Shown: positions 40,711 to 49,541 of the stretch, piece by piece
Layout: every line of letters begins with the position of its first letter
How positions within the stretch are numbered: the stretch's first letter is position 1
NCBI GenBank assembly: GCA_963715195.1
Contig: CAVQRT010000033.1
Span: forward strand, 1 to 53,245
Reading direction: 5' to 3'
DNA: 53,245 nt
DNA from: Thermodesulfovibrionales bacterium
GTDB lineage: Bacteria; Nitrospirota; Thermodesulfovibrionia; Thermodesulfovibrionales; SM23-35
Notes under the pieces: generated by a model
What the model saw: the letters and a program-made list of their open reading frames with translations, nothing else
Told to the model about the DNA's origin: nothing
Database searches by the model: none
Made by a program: the position numbers and the translations under genes

Positions 40711-41222
40711 TACCCTTTCAGCCTCCTTTTCGCGAGGACGATTGCCCCGATGATCGCAACGAGAAGTATCAATGAAGCCACTTCAAAGGGATAGAGAAAT
40801 TCCGTATACAGTATCTTCCCCAAGACTATCGTATGCGTTTCCTGCTGTATGAGATCAACCGTGTAGATGCCGGGCGGAGCTGCGATAAACGATCGTATCG
40901 ACATGAGAACAACAACCAGGAGTGCAACTGCAAAGGTAAAGCCTGTTGCCCCGGCGCCGATATATTTGCCGATTTTCAGTTCTTCCCGGATATTCACCAA
41001 GAGCACAGCAAAGAGGAACAGAACCAGGATACCCCCTGCGTATACAATAACCTGGACAGCAGCCAGAAACTCCGCATTGAGAAAGAGGTACAAGCTTGCG
41101 ATATGGAAAAACAGCAGGAGCATCCAGGCAACACTGTGAATCGGGTTCCTTCTCGTGACAACGAGGAGCGAGAGAACCGTAATCGCAAATGCAAAATACC
41201 CGAAAAATGCCTGTTGGATCAT
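40710..41222 (-). CDS. nuoJ: NADH-quinone oxidoreductase subunit J
   Basis: NPIHS, AEFLAAVQVIVYAGGILVLFLF and PFEVASLILL. Confidence 0.95.
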   Translation of the reverse strand: MIQQAFFGYFAFAITVLSLLVVTRRNPIHSVAWMLLLFFHIASLYLFLNAEFLAAVQVIVYAGGILVLFLFAVLLVNIREELKIGKYIGAGATGFTFAVALLVVVLMSIRSFIAAPPGIYTVDLIQQETHTIVLGKILYTEFLYPFEVASLILLVAIIGAIVLAKRRLKG

Positions 41223-41762
41223 GAGCCTTTCCTCCGGGAGACTGCCTGGCCCGGCGGGGTACCGAAATCCTCGGACATCGGCCGCCAGAATTTGCGTAAA
41301 TATTCTTCACCCTTTTTGCCAGGCATGTATTTATCCCAGCTTTCCAGGAGCCTGTCTTTTTTGAGGAGCAGGTCCTCCTTCCGGTATGCGGAATATTCAT
41401 AATTTTCCGTGAGCACAATTGCACCGTAAGGACATGCCTCAACACAGAATCCGCAATAGATGCACCGCAGGATGTCGACCTCGTACTTTTCTACCTGTCC
41501 CTTTGCGCGCGACAATGCTTATGCATTGGGACGGGCAGATCGTTGCACAGAGTCCGCAGCCGACGCACTTGGCCTTGCCCTGGCTTTTTGCAAGGGCATG
41601 CTGCCCTCTGAAGCCAGGAGCTATATGCCTTCTTTCCTTGGGATACTGAATCGTAACAGCATGGGAAAACATCTTCCGGAGGGTCAGGGCCATACCCTGG
41701 AATATCTCGATAAAGGTAAACCTTTTTACGATGTTCCGAACTGTCACTTTCCATTCCCTCAT
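41219..41762 (-). CDS. nuoI: NADH-quinone oxidoreductase subunit I (frameshift near 41505)
   Basis: TIQYP...FRG and CVGCGLCATICP in one frame; RCIYCGFCVEACP in the next. Confidence 0.9.
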
Positions 41763-41764
41763 GG

Positions 41765-42811
41765 TTATATGATGAGTTTTACTAAACCCGTTATGAGAAT
41801 ATTTGCCAGTGCTATCGGGATAAGTATCTTCCAGCCGATTTTCATAAGCTGGTCATACCGGTACCTCGGTACTGTTGCCCTGATCCAGTAATAGAAAAAG
41901 ATAAATGCGTAGACTTTTATCAGATACCAGACAATACCGGGCACAAGGTTCAGGAATGGCAGTACCTTTGTCACATACCATGGCAATGTCCATCCCCCGA
42001 GGAAACATACCGCTGCGATTGAGGCCATAATGAACATCGCGATATACTCGCCGAGAAAAAAGAGGGCAAATCTGAACCCGCTGTATTCGGTAAAGTATCC
42101 TGCGACCAGTTCGCTCTCTGCCTCGGGCAGATCGAACGGTGTCCTGTTGGTCTCGGCAACAGCTGAAATCGTAAAGACAATAAAAGCCACAAACTGTGGT
42201 ATCGCGTATACCCCAAAAATCGATGCCTGCTGGGCCCTCACAATATCAGAAAGGTTCAATGAACCGGTAAGGATCATAACGCCGACAAGGCTAAGGCCCA
42301 TCGCAATCTCGTAGCTGAGCACCTGGGCAGATGAACGCAAACCGCCGATAAAGGCATATTTTGAATTGGAAGCCCATCCGGCAAGGAATATCCCGTATAC
42401 CCCGACGCCAGCGATGGCGAAAAGAAACAGAAGTCCGACATTCAGATCTGCGATGACAAAGTTTTCCGAATACGGAATGACCGATAAATTCACCATGGCA
42501 GATGCCATGAAAATGACAGGAGCCAGATAGAACATGGCCTTATCCGCTTGAGCCGGGATAATATCCTCCTTGAAGAATAACTTCAGTCCGTCGGCAAAAG
42601 GCTGCAAAAGTCCATGCGGCCCTACCCTCATGGGGCCAAGCCTAACTTGCATATGCCCAATGACTTTCCGTTCGAAATATGTTGCATATGCAACATGGAG
42701 CAATCCAACGGCGAGAACAACCACAATCTTAAGAACAATGATAAGCACATTGATCCCGAATGCTATTAATCCGTCAAGCATTTCAGGTGATATGATATTC
42801 CCGACATTCAT
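41765..42811 (-). CDS. nuoH: NADH-quinone oxidoreductase subunit H
   Basis: ERKVIGHMQVRLGP, GLLQPFADGLK, ETNRTPFDLPEAE and PRYRYDQLM. Confidence 0.96.
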   Translation of the reverse strand: MNVGNIISPEMLDGLIAFGINVLIIVLKIVVVLAVGLLHVAYATYFERKVIGHMQVRLGPMRVGPHGLLQPFADGLKLFFKEDIIPAQADKAMFYLAPVIFMASAMVNLSVIPYSENFVIADLNVGLLFLFAIAGVGVYGIFLAGWASNSKYAFIGGLRSSAQVLSYEIAMGLSLVGVMILTGSLNLSDIVRAQQASIFGVYAIPQFVAFIVFTISAVAETNRTPFDLPEAESELVAGYFTEYSGFRFALFFLGEYIAMFIMASIAAVCFLGGWTLPWYVTKVLPFLNLVPGIVWYLIKVYAFIFFYYWIRATVPRYRYDQLMKIGWKILIPIALANILITGLVKLII

Positions 42812-42813
42812 GG

Positions 42814-44286
42814 TTATCTGTCACATTCTCCGAGAACGATATCGATCGTACCGATTGCTGCGATGACGTCAGCAACCAGGTGGCCCGCACAGAGCCTTGG
42901 CAGACAGCCGGCATGTATAAATGACGGGGCCCTCACTCTCATCCGGTAAGGCTTCCCTGTCCCGTCGCTCACGAAATAAAAACCGAGTTCCCCTTTCGGA
43001 ACCTCGGTCGCAACATAAATCTCACCTTCGGGGGCTTTCGGGCCTTTCTTGACGAATTCGAACTGCCTGACAAGATACTCTCCGGCTTTTTTTATGTCGT
43101 CTGGTAGTTCATTCGGAGCAACCGCGAGTTCCGCAAGTTTTTCATCGCTCAACCCTTTCCCGCCGGGCACAATCGTCAGGGCCTTGAATTTGCAGGTAGC
43201 GTAGCAGGTTGCGCAACTAACGCAGAGCTCCTGTTTAATTGTATGGGGTACTTTCTTTTGCCCAACAATTGCCTTTGCAGGGCAAGCCCTCAGGCACATG
43301 CCGCATGCCTTACATGCCTTTTCGAGAATAAAATATGCGTGCTGTTTTGTCGGATGCGTAATGGCCATCATTTTGTCCTTGGGCTGCATCGTAAATTTCG
43401 GTTCATCCGCCATTACGGGGCCTGCCGGCAACTTTTCGATACACTGCCTGATAATGTTGTTCGACTGCCTCATTTCCAGCATTCTGCACCGGTATCTGTC
43501 ATAGGTATCGCCCTCTGTTCCGATCGGCACATCGAATTCAACTTTATCGTACGCATCATAGGGTATATGCTTCCTTATATCATAGGAGACACCGGAACCT
43601 CTCAGCGTTGGACCTGTCATTCCCCAGTTTACCGCCTCTTCAGCCGAAATAACACCTATTCCCACTGTCCTTTTAAGCCAGATCCTGTTCTGGTCAATCA
43701 GGGTTTCGTACTCGAGAATCCTCGACGGGAATTCATCGGTAAACTTCCACAGGCTGTCGAGGAACTCCTGCGGGACATCGTTTCGAACTCCGCCTACTCT
43801 CGGGAAGGTGACAGTTAGCCGCGCTCCGCAGATCATCTCATAGAGATCAAGGATCCATTCCCTCTCTCTGAAGCAATAGAGAAATACGGTCATTGCACCG
43901 ATATCAAGGGCATGAGTTGCAAGCCAGAGCAAGTGGTTTGCGATCCTCGACATCTCCCCAACGATGGTTCTGATGAATTTTGCCCTCTCGGGAGCTTCTA
44001 TTCCAAACAGTTTTTCGACAGCCACACAATAGCCGATGTTATTTGACATCGCAGAGACATAGTCCATTCTGTCGGTGAGGGGGAGAGCCTGGAAATAGCT
44101 CAGACTTTCACCAAGCTTTTCAATACCCCTATGCAGGTATCCGACATATGGGGTAACGTTCACAATCGTTTCACCGTCAATATCAAGGACGAGCCGCAGA
44201 ACACCGTGGGTAGCCGGATGCTGTGGCCCCATATTGACACTGAGTTCTCTTGTCTCGAATATCTTCTCTGCTTCTTTCTGAATCAT
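42814..44286 (-). CDS. nuoD: NADH-quinone oxidoreductase subunit D with an inserted 2x[4Fe-4S] ferredoxin domain (alternative start 44304)
   Basis: [32 protein letters not shown] and DIVLGECDR. The insert carries [12 protein letters not shown] and [12 protein letters not shown]. Confidence 0.92.
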   Translation of the reverse strand: MIQKEAEKIFETRELSVNMGPQHPATHGVLRLVLDIDGETIVNVTPYVGYLHRGIEKLGESLSYFQALPLTDRMDYVSAMSNNIGYCVAVEKLFGIEAPERAKFIRTIVGEMSRIANHLLWLATHALDIGAMTVFLYCFREREWILDLYEMICGARLTVTFPRVGGVRNDVPQEFLDSLWKFTDEFPSRILEYETLIDQNRIWLKRTVGIGVISAEEAVNWGMTGPTLRGSGVSYDIRKHIPYDAYDKVEFDVPIGTEGDTYDRYRCRMLEMRQSNNIIRQCIEKLPAGPVMADEPKFTMQPKDKMMAITHPTKQHAYFILEKACKACGMCLRACPAKAIVGQKKVPHTIKQELCVSCATCYATCKFKALTIVPGGKGLSDEKLAELAVAPNELPDDIKKAGEYLVRQFEFVKKGPKAPEGEIYVATEVPKGELGFYFVSDGTGKPYRMRVRAPSFIHAGCLPRLCAGHLVADVIAAIGTIDIVLGECDR

Positions 44287-44287
44287 C

Positions 44288-44869
44288 TTATCCTGCCCAC
44301 TCAAACTCTCTCAGTTCCTTCGAACGCTTGACGACGTCAGTGAAACCGGCCCAATCCTTATCGAACTCCGGTCCTTTCAACGGATAATCTTTTCTCAGCG
44401 GATACCCTTCCCAGTCCTCCGGCATGAGGATCCTTCTGAGGTCGGGGTGACCGACAAAGTTAATTCCGAACATATCGTAGCATTCCCGTTCATGCCAGTT
44501 TGCACCAGCCCATACGGATACAACAGAGTCGATCTTCGGATCGTTTTCAGGTACCTGAGCCCGAATTCTGATTCTGTGACGGTATCTGATCGAATAGATG
44601 TTATACACCACTTCGAACCGTATCTCTTTTTTCTTGATGTAATCGACTGCGGTGAGATCCTGAAGATGATCGAAACTAAGCAGCGGGTCATCATGAAGAA
44701 ACCTGAGAATCGCGACAATCTGATCCCTCTTTATAATTACAGAGACCTGATCTCTGGATTCAACGACTTCAATTACCTGGTCGGGAAATTTCCCCTTTAT
44801 TGTCTCCGCTATATCAATTGGTGCAAGTCCTGAGGGCTCTAAGGTAAGCCTTACTTCCGTTACCGCCAT
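44288..44869 (-). CDS. nuoC: NADH-quinone oxidoreductase subunit C
   Basis: [32 protein letters not shown] and [11 protein letters not shown] 44869 follows SD GGTGGAG. Confidence 0.94.
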   Translation of the reverse strand: MAVTEVRLTLEPSGLAPIDIAETIKGKFPDQVIEVVESRDQVSVIIKRDQIVAILRFLHDDPLLSFDHLQDLTAVDYIKKKEIRFEVVYNIYSIRYRHRIRIRAQVPENDPKIDSVVSVWAGANWHERECYDMFGINFVGHPDLRRILMPEDWEGYPLRKDYPLKGPEFDKDWAGFTDVVKRSKELREFEWAG

Positions 44870-45381
44870 GGACTCCACCTCGCACGTTCTTTTCGAATCT
44901 TTTCCTGGAGCATCATCATACCTTCGAGCAGGGTCTCTGGCCTCGGGGGACATCCCGGCACATAGACATCGACCGGCAGGAAAGTTTCGCATCCCTGAAC
45001 GGTGCTGTAGGTTTTAAATACACCACCGGTGCATGCACAGCTTCCCATCGCCACAACATACCGTGGGTCGGGAATCTGGTCATATACCCTTCTTATCACA
45101 GGGGCCATCTTCTTCGTAACGGTGCCGGCGACGATCACACAGTCAGCCTGCCTTGGTGAGCCTCGGAAAATAATGCCAAACCGGTCGAAATCGTAATGTG
45201 ATGCGCCCACGGCCATCATCTCAATGGCGCATCAAGCGAGTCCGAAGGTCGTTGGCCAGATCGAGGATAATCTTCCCCAGTTGATGATCTTGTCGAATGT
45301 CGTAACGATGAGGTTGGGTGGTAATACCTTTACGCCTTCCTCTACTTCGACGAGACCCGTTGCAGATGTTTCGATCAACAT
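44860..45381 (-). CDS. nuoB: NADH-quinone oxidoreductase subunit B with in-frame TGA at codon 50 (probable Sec or Cys recoding)
   Basis: One frame from ATG 45381: ...[22 protein letters not shown]...SPRQAD...MGSCACTGG...PGCPPRPE. The TGA (45232-45234) replaces the first Cys of GLACCAIE. Confidence 0.88.
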
Positions 45382-45402
45382 CTCTTTCCCCCTGTAATTA
45401 GG

Positions 45403-45774
45403 TTAATCCCATTCGAAAGCTTCTTTTCTCCAGGCATAGATGTATCCGACCAGGAGTATGGCAATAAAAAGAACCATCTCGATGAATGCATAAATACCGA
45501 TCTTATCAAAAACAAGAGCCCATGGATAAATGAATATCGCTTCAACATCAAACACCACAAAAAGCATCGCGATGATGTAAAAGCGGATGGAGAATCTGTA
45601 ACGTGGCTCTCCCTTTGGGGTGATGCCCGATTCATAGGGCATGAGCTTCTCATAATATGGCTTTCTGGGTCTGAAAACGAAACCGATGAGGAGAGCGCCA
45701 AGGCCAAATACCGAGGCGATAAGGATGAAGATGAGCACCGGTAAATATTCTGATGGCAAATACGTTCCAGGCAT
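45403..45774 (-). CDS. nuoA: NADH-quinone oxidoreductase subunit A
   Basis: PYESGI and FYIIAMLFVVFDVEAIFIYPWA. Confidence 0.96.
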   Translation of the reverse strand: MPGTYLPSEYLPVLIFILIASVFGLGALLIGFVFRPRKPYYEKLMPYESGITPKGEPRYRFSIRFYIIAMLFVVFDVEAIFIYPWALVFDKIGIYAFIEMVLFIAILLVGYIYAWRKEAFEWD

Positions 45775-45784
45775 AAGCGGTTAT

Positions 45785-45814
45785 GTTATACTGAAAAGCC
45801 TTAATGCTTGTCAA
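45785..45814 (-). promoter_or_regulatory. Sigma-70 promoter of the nuo operon
   Basis: Minus strand TTGACA-18-TATAAC, ending 10 nt before the nuoA ATG. Confidence 0.6.
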
Positions 45815-45850
45815 GCAAAAAAATTGTTGTTCTCTTGGGAGGAGATTTGC

Positions 45851-48127
45851 ATGTATAAGATCCTGAGGAAGGAAGTGCTTTCCGATTTCGTAATCCTGTT
45901 CGAGATAGAAGCCCCCGAGATCGCAAAAAAGGCAAAGGCAGGGAATTTCTTTGTGCTCAGGATACATGAACAGGGAGAGCGGATTCCGTTAACGATAGCT
46001 GATTTCGATAGGGAAAGAGGGACGATAACGACGGTCTTTCAGAAAGTCGGCAAGACAACAAACCACCTGGCGACGTTGAAGGAGGGTGACTTCCTTACTG
46101 ACGTGGCCGGCCCCCTCGGCATGCCTTCTCACATCAAACATTTCGGGAAGGTCGTCTGTGTAGGGGGCGGCGTCGGGATAGCACCCGTTTATCCGATAGC
46201 ACGTTCATTAAAAGAGGCAGGCAACACCGTTATTTCGATTATAGGGGCACGGATGAAGGAATTGATTTTCTGGGAAGAAAAAATGCGCAGCGTCTCTGAT
46301 GAACTCATCGTCACGACAGATGACGGCTCCTATGGGCGAAAAGCTGTGGTCACCGTTCCGCTTGACGAGCATCTCAAGGACCATAAAGACGTAAAACTTG
46401 TATATGCTATCGGCCCGGCCATCATGATGAAATTTGTCTGTCTCACAACAGAAAAGCACAAGGTAAAGACGATCGTCAGCCTCAACTCCATCATGGTTGA
46501 CGGGACCGGGATGTGCGGGTCATGCAGGGTGGAAGTGGGTGGAGAAACAAGATTTGCCTGTGTCGATGGCCCGGAATTTGACGGCCATCAGGTTGATTTT
46601 GATCTGCTCATGTCACGCCAGAGGATGTATATAGGCGAGGAAAAAGAAGCTATGGAACACTTTAGGGTAAAGACCGGGAGACAGGTAGTGGACGAAAAAC
46701 GCGCGAGCAGGAAGACGGAGAACAGGGTGGTAATGAGGGAGCAACCCCCGCTCGAGCGGGCGCGGAATTTCATGGAAGTTCCTTACGGTTATACACCTGA
46801 GGAAGCCATGAAAGAAGCATCGAGATGCCTGAACTGCCTGAAGCCGACCTGCAGGAACGGATGCCCTGTTTCGGTAGACATTTCTTCATTTATCAAATTG
46901 ATCAGGGAAGGCAGGTTTATCGAGGCAGCATGGAAAATCAAGGAGGAGAATGCACTTCCTGCCGTGTGCGGCAGGGTATGTCCGCAGGAGATACAGTGCG
47001 AATCCATGTGCATTCTCGGAAAGAAAGGCGATCCCGTCGCAATCGGGAATCTGGAGCGCTTTGTCTCTGATTACGAGAGGGAATCGGAAGAGATCCAGAT
47101 CCCGGATAAGCCGGCCCCATCAGGCAGAAAAATCGCGGTAATCGGTTCAGGTCCTGCTGGACTCTCCTGCGCTGCCGACCTCGCGAAATCAGGGCATCAG
47201 GTTACATTGTTCGAAGCCCTGCATAAGCCCGGCGGCGTCCTGATCTATGGAATACCGGAATTCAGACTTCCCAAGGTAATTGTCGAAAAAGAAGTTGACT
47301 ATATCAAAAAGCTCGGCGTGGAGGTCCTCGTCAATGCAGTGATCGGGAAGCTGCATACCATCGAAGAGTTATTGACCATACACCAATATGATGCATGCTT
47401 CATTGCGACAGGGGCCGGACTGCCGCTATTTCTCGGCATACCCGGTGAAAATCTCAATGGTATCTATTCCGCCAATGAATTTCTCACACGGGCGAATCTC
47501 ATGAAATCATATCTTTTCCCTGAATACGACACACCCATAAAGAGAGGGAAACATGTTGCGGTAATCGGCGGCGGGAATGTTGCAATGGATGCTGCACGGG
47601 TTGCCCTCCGTTTGGGAGCAGAGAAAGTACATCTCATATACAGACGTTCAGAAGATGAGATGCCTGCTCGCAAGGCGGAAGTCCATCACGCCCGTGAAGA
47701 AGGAATAGCATTTAACCTGCTGACGAATCCGGTCCGGTTTATCGATGACGGAAAAGGAAATGTTGCCGCTGTTGAATGTATCAGAATGGAACTGGGTGCA
47801 CCAGATGATTCCGGCAGAAGAAGGCCTGTCCCTGTTCAGGGCAGTGAATTTCAGATCACGATCGACGTTGCCATCCCCGCGCTCGGGACACGGTCAAATC
47901 CGCTCCTTATCAGAAATGTGCCGGACCTCTTACTGAACAAGAGAGGCTATATCATTGCGGACGAAAAGACAGGTATGACCTCAAAACAAGGGGTATTTGC
48001 CGGCGGAGATATCCTTACAGGATCTGCAACGGTCATTCTTGCACTAGGGGCCGGAAGAAAAGCAGCACAGGGGATTAATGATTACCTCAAATGGAAATTC
48101 TGGGATACGCGAAAATTCGTGAAATGA
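45851..48127 (+). CDS. nfnAB: Fused NfnA-NfnB (SudB-SudA / PyrK-GltD-like) NADH-dependent reduced ferredoxin:NADP+ oxidoreductase
   Basis: ATG 45851 after SD GGAGGAG. NfnA part: GERIPLTI, GGGVG and MVDGTGMCGSC...CVDGPEFDG. NfnB part: RCLNC..PTC..GCP, CGRVCPQEIQCE, GSGPAG, YGIPEFRLP, GGGNVAMD and YRRS. Confidence 0.88.
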   Translation: MYKILRKEVLSDFVILFEIEAPEIAKKAKAGNFFVLRIHEQGERIPLTIADFDRERGTITTVFQKVGKTTNHLATLKEGDFLTDVAGPLGMPSHIKHFGKVVCVGGGVGIAPVYPIARSLKEAGNTVISIIGARMKELIFWEEKMRSVSDELIVTTDDGSYGRKAVVTVPLDEHLKDHKDVKLVYAIGPAIMMKFVCLTTEKHKVKTIVSLNSIMVDGTGMCGSCRVEVGGETRFACVDGPEFDGHQVDFDLLMSRQRMYIGEEKEAMEHFRVKTGRQVVDEKRASRKTENRVVMREQPPLERARNFMEVPYGYTPEEAMKEASRCLNCLKPTCRNGCPVSVDISSFIKLIREGRFIEAAWKIKEENALPAVCGRVCPQEIQCESMCILGKKGDPVAIGNLERFVSDYERESEEIQIPDKPAPSGRKIAVIGSGPAGLSCAADLAKSGHQVTLFEALHKPGGVLIYGIPEFRLPKVIVEKEVDYIKKLGVEVLVNAVIGKLHTIEELLTIHQYDACFIATGAGLPLFLGIPGENLNGIYSANEFLTRANLMKSYLFPEYDTPIKRGKHVAVIGGGNVAMDAARVALRLGAEKVHLIYRRSEDEMPARKAEVHHAREEGIAFNLLTNPVRFIDDGKGNVAAVECIRMELGAPDDSGRRRPVPVQGSEFQITIDVAIPALGTRSNPLLIRNVPDLLLNKRGYIIADEKTGMTSKQGVFAGGDILTGSATVILALGAGRKAAQGINDYLKWKFWDTRKFVK

Positions 48128-48134
48128 TATAGCA

Positions 48135-48257
48135 TTATTTCTGCCATCTCTGTCGCAACCCCAAAAAGACCAAGGCCGCTGCCCCGGCCCCAATAAACAT
48201 TCTAACAACCGCACCGGAGACTTTTATAACCTTTTCGATGGTTTCTTTCTTACCCAT
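48135..48257 (-). CDS. 40-aa putative single-TM microprotein (not in the ORF track)
   Basis: MGKKETIEKVIKVSGAVVRMFIGAGAAALVFLGLRQRWQK, with SD AAGGA upstream. Confidence 0.5.
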   Translation of the reverse strand: MGKKETIEKVIKVSGAVVRMFIGAGAAALVFLGLRQRWQK

Positions 48258-48398
48258 GATATTCCTTCTTACATTATTATACTATCGCAACTGGGAAACA
48301 GATGGGAATAATCGTAAAATATTTTTTCCTTCGTGTATGCATCTGAATTTTTTGTGATATACTGTATCTAAACATATTTTTTACTCTAAGGAGGGGAC

Positions 48399-48509
48399 AT
48401 GGCAACTGCAAAGAAAGCAAGATGTGTTGCAAAGACCAAAGAAGGGAAACAGTGCAAGAACACGGCAACCGGTAAATCAAAGTTCTGCAATACCCACAAG
48501 AAAAAATAA
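48399..48509 (+). CDS. 36-aa basic CCCH zinc-finger microprotein (DUF5763-like; not in the ORF track)
   Basis: MATAKKARCVAKTKEGKQCKNTATGKSKFCNTHKKK, with strong SD AAGGAGG. Confidence 0.75.
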   Translation: MATAKKARCVAKTKEGKQCKNTATGKSKFCNTHKKK

Positions 48510-48550
48510 ACTGATCAAGGGGAAAGCGTCTCCGGCGATTCGGAGACGCT

Positions 48551-49339
48551 TTACTCCAGCGACAATCTCTGCTGTACAAACTCTGTTAAAAAGAGTGACA
48601 GCTGCAGTATCTCTTCTGTTTGCGGGAGTTTGTCAATAATCCTTTCTATATAATTTCTCTCACCGAGCAACCGAAATGCCGGTTTATAATTCAGGTCGAA
48701 TATCCAAGAGAGTTGGAGCAGCTTGAAATCATTCAGAGTTCTTATCTTGGCAAGCGATATGATCTCCCTTTTATATATGTATGAAAGAACGTCTGTTGAA
48801 TATTCAGGGAGATCTGGCAGTCCGAGCCCGACTGCAGAGGCTTTGCCCTCTTGATGGCTTTCATAATATTCAAGGAACACACGCCATATATCCAGCTTAT
48901 CGGCATCCCTGACCAGCCTGATAAAAAACTTGATCACCTCATTTTCTTTTTTTGGTACTGAGAAGGCATTATGGAATTTGACCGATTCTATGACAATGCT
49001 CTGTTCATCTTCAGGGAGTTGAAGGAGTATCTTTTCCTGGATAAGTATTTCGACCCCGAGGAATCCGTGATTGACCGAGATGCTATCCTTGAATGTCTTG
49101 TACCGGGCATACTGAGGAAATCTTCCGATATCATGAAACAGTGCAACAGTCTCTGCCAATAATTTTTGGCTGTCATTCAGAGAGAGGTCACCTGCTAAAT
49201 AAAGAATATTTTTACACACATTGAATGTGTGTAATTCCTTCAGCAGGATGTTCTTCTGGTCTTCTGCATTCGGTGAATAGAATGATTTGCAGTAATCAGC
49301 GAACCATTCTTTAAAATATTGCACATCCTGATATGTCAT
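48551..49339 (-). CDS. HD-domain phosphohydrolase
   Basis: HTFNV, ALFHDIGRF, NHG, FHN and RDADKLD. Confidence 0.88.
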   Translation of the reverse strand: MTYQDVQYFKEWFADYCKSFYSPNAEDQKNILLKELHTFNVCKNILYLAGDLSLNDSQKLLAETVALFHDIGRFPQYARYKTFKDSISVNHGFLGVEILIQEKILLQLPEDEQSIVIESVKFHNAFSVPKKENEVIKFFIRLVRDADKLDIWRVFLEYYESHQEGKASAVGLGLPDLPEYSTDVLSYIYKREIISLAKIRTLNDFKLLQLSWIFDLNYKPAFRLLGERNYIERIIDKLPQTEEILQLSLFLTEFVQQRLSLE

Positions 49340-49541
49340 TCTTTAATAAGTACCTCCACTCAGCCCATTGTGCAGAAAGGTTTCTGATAAAGCCCGGGAC
49401 AGAGAAGATTTTCTAACCATGGTAATCGCGGGCTTCAGCTTGCGAACAGGATTTGCAACCCAAAGGGTGCGATATTGATATACTACATCTGCTTTTTCGC
49501 ATTGTCGAGCTTCCCACTCTTCCGATACAATAGTAATCGTC

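Noticed and set aside
40190..41762. nuoI and nuoL frameshifts as decay of the nuo operon
   Set aside because: All subunits keep their conserved motifs, and the lesions are isolated indels like those in housekeeping genes.
42814..45381. Group 4 [NiFe]-hydrogenase instead of complex I
   Set aside because: The large subunit lacks both CxxC Ni ligand motifs and keeps the quinone-site His and Tyr. nuoA, J, K and N are present.
45851..48127. Glutamate synthase small subunit
   Set aside because: It is fused to an NfnA/PyrK-like domain and no gltB is nearby; NfnAB fits better.
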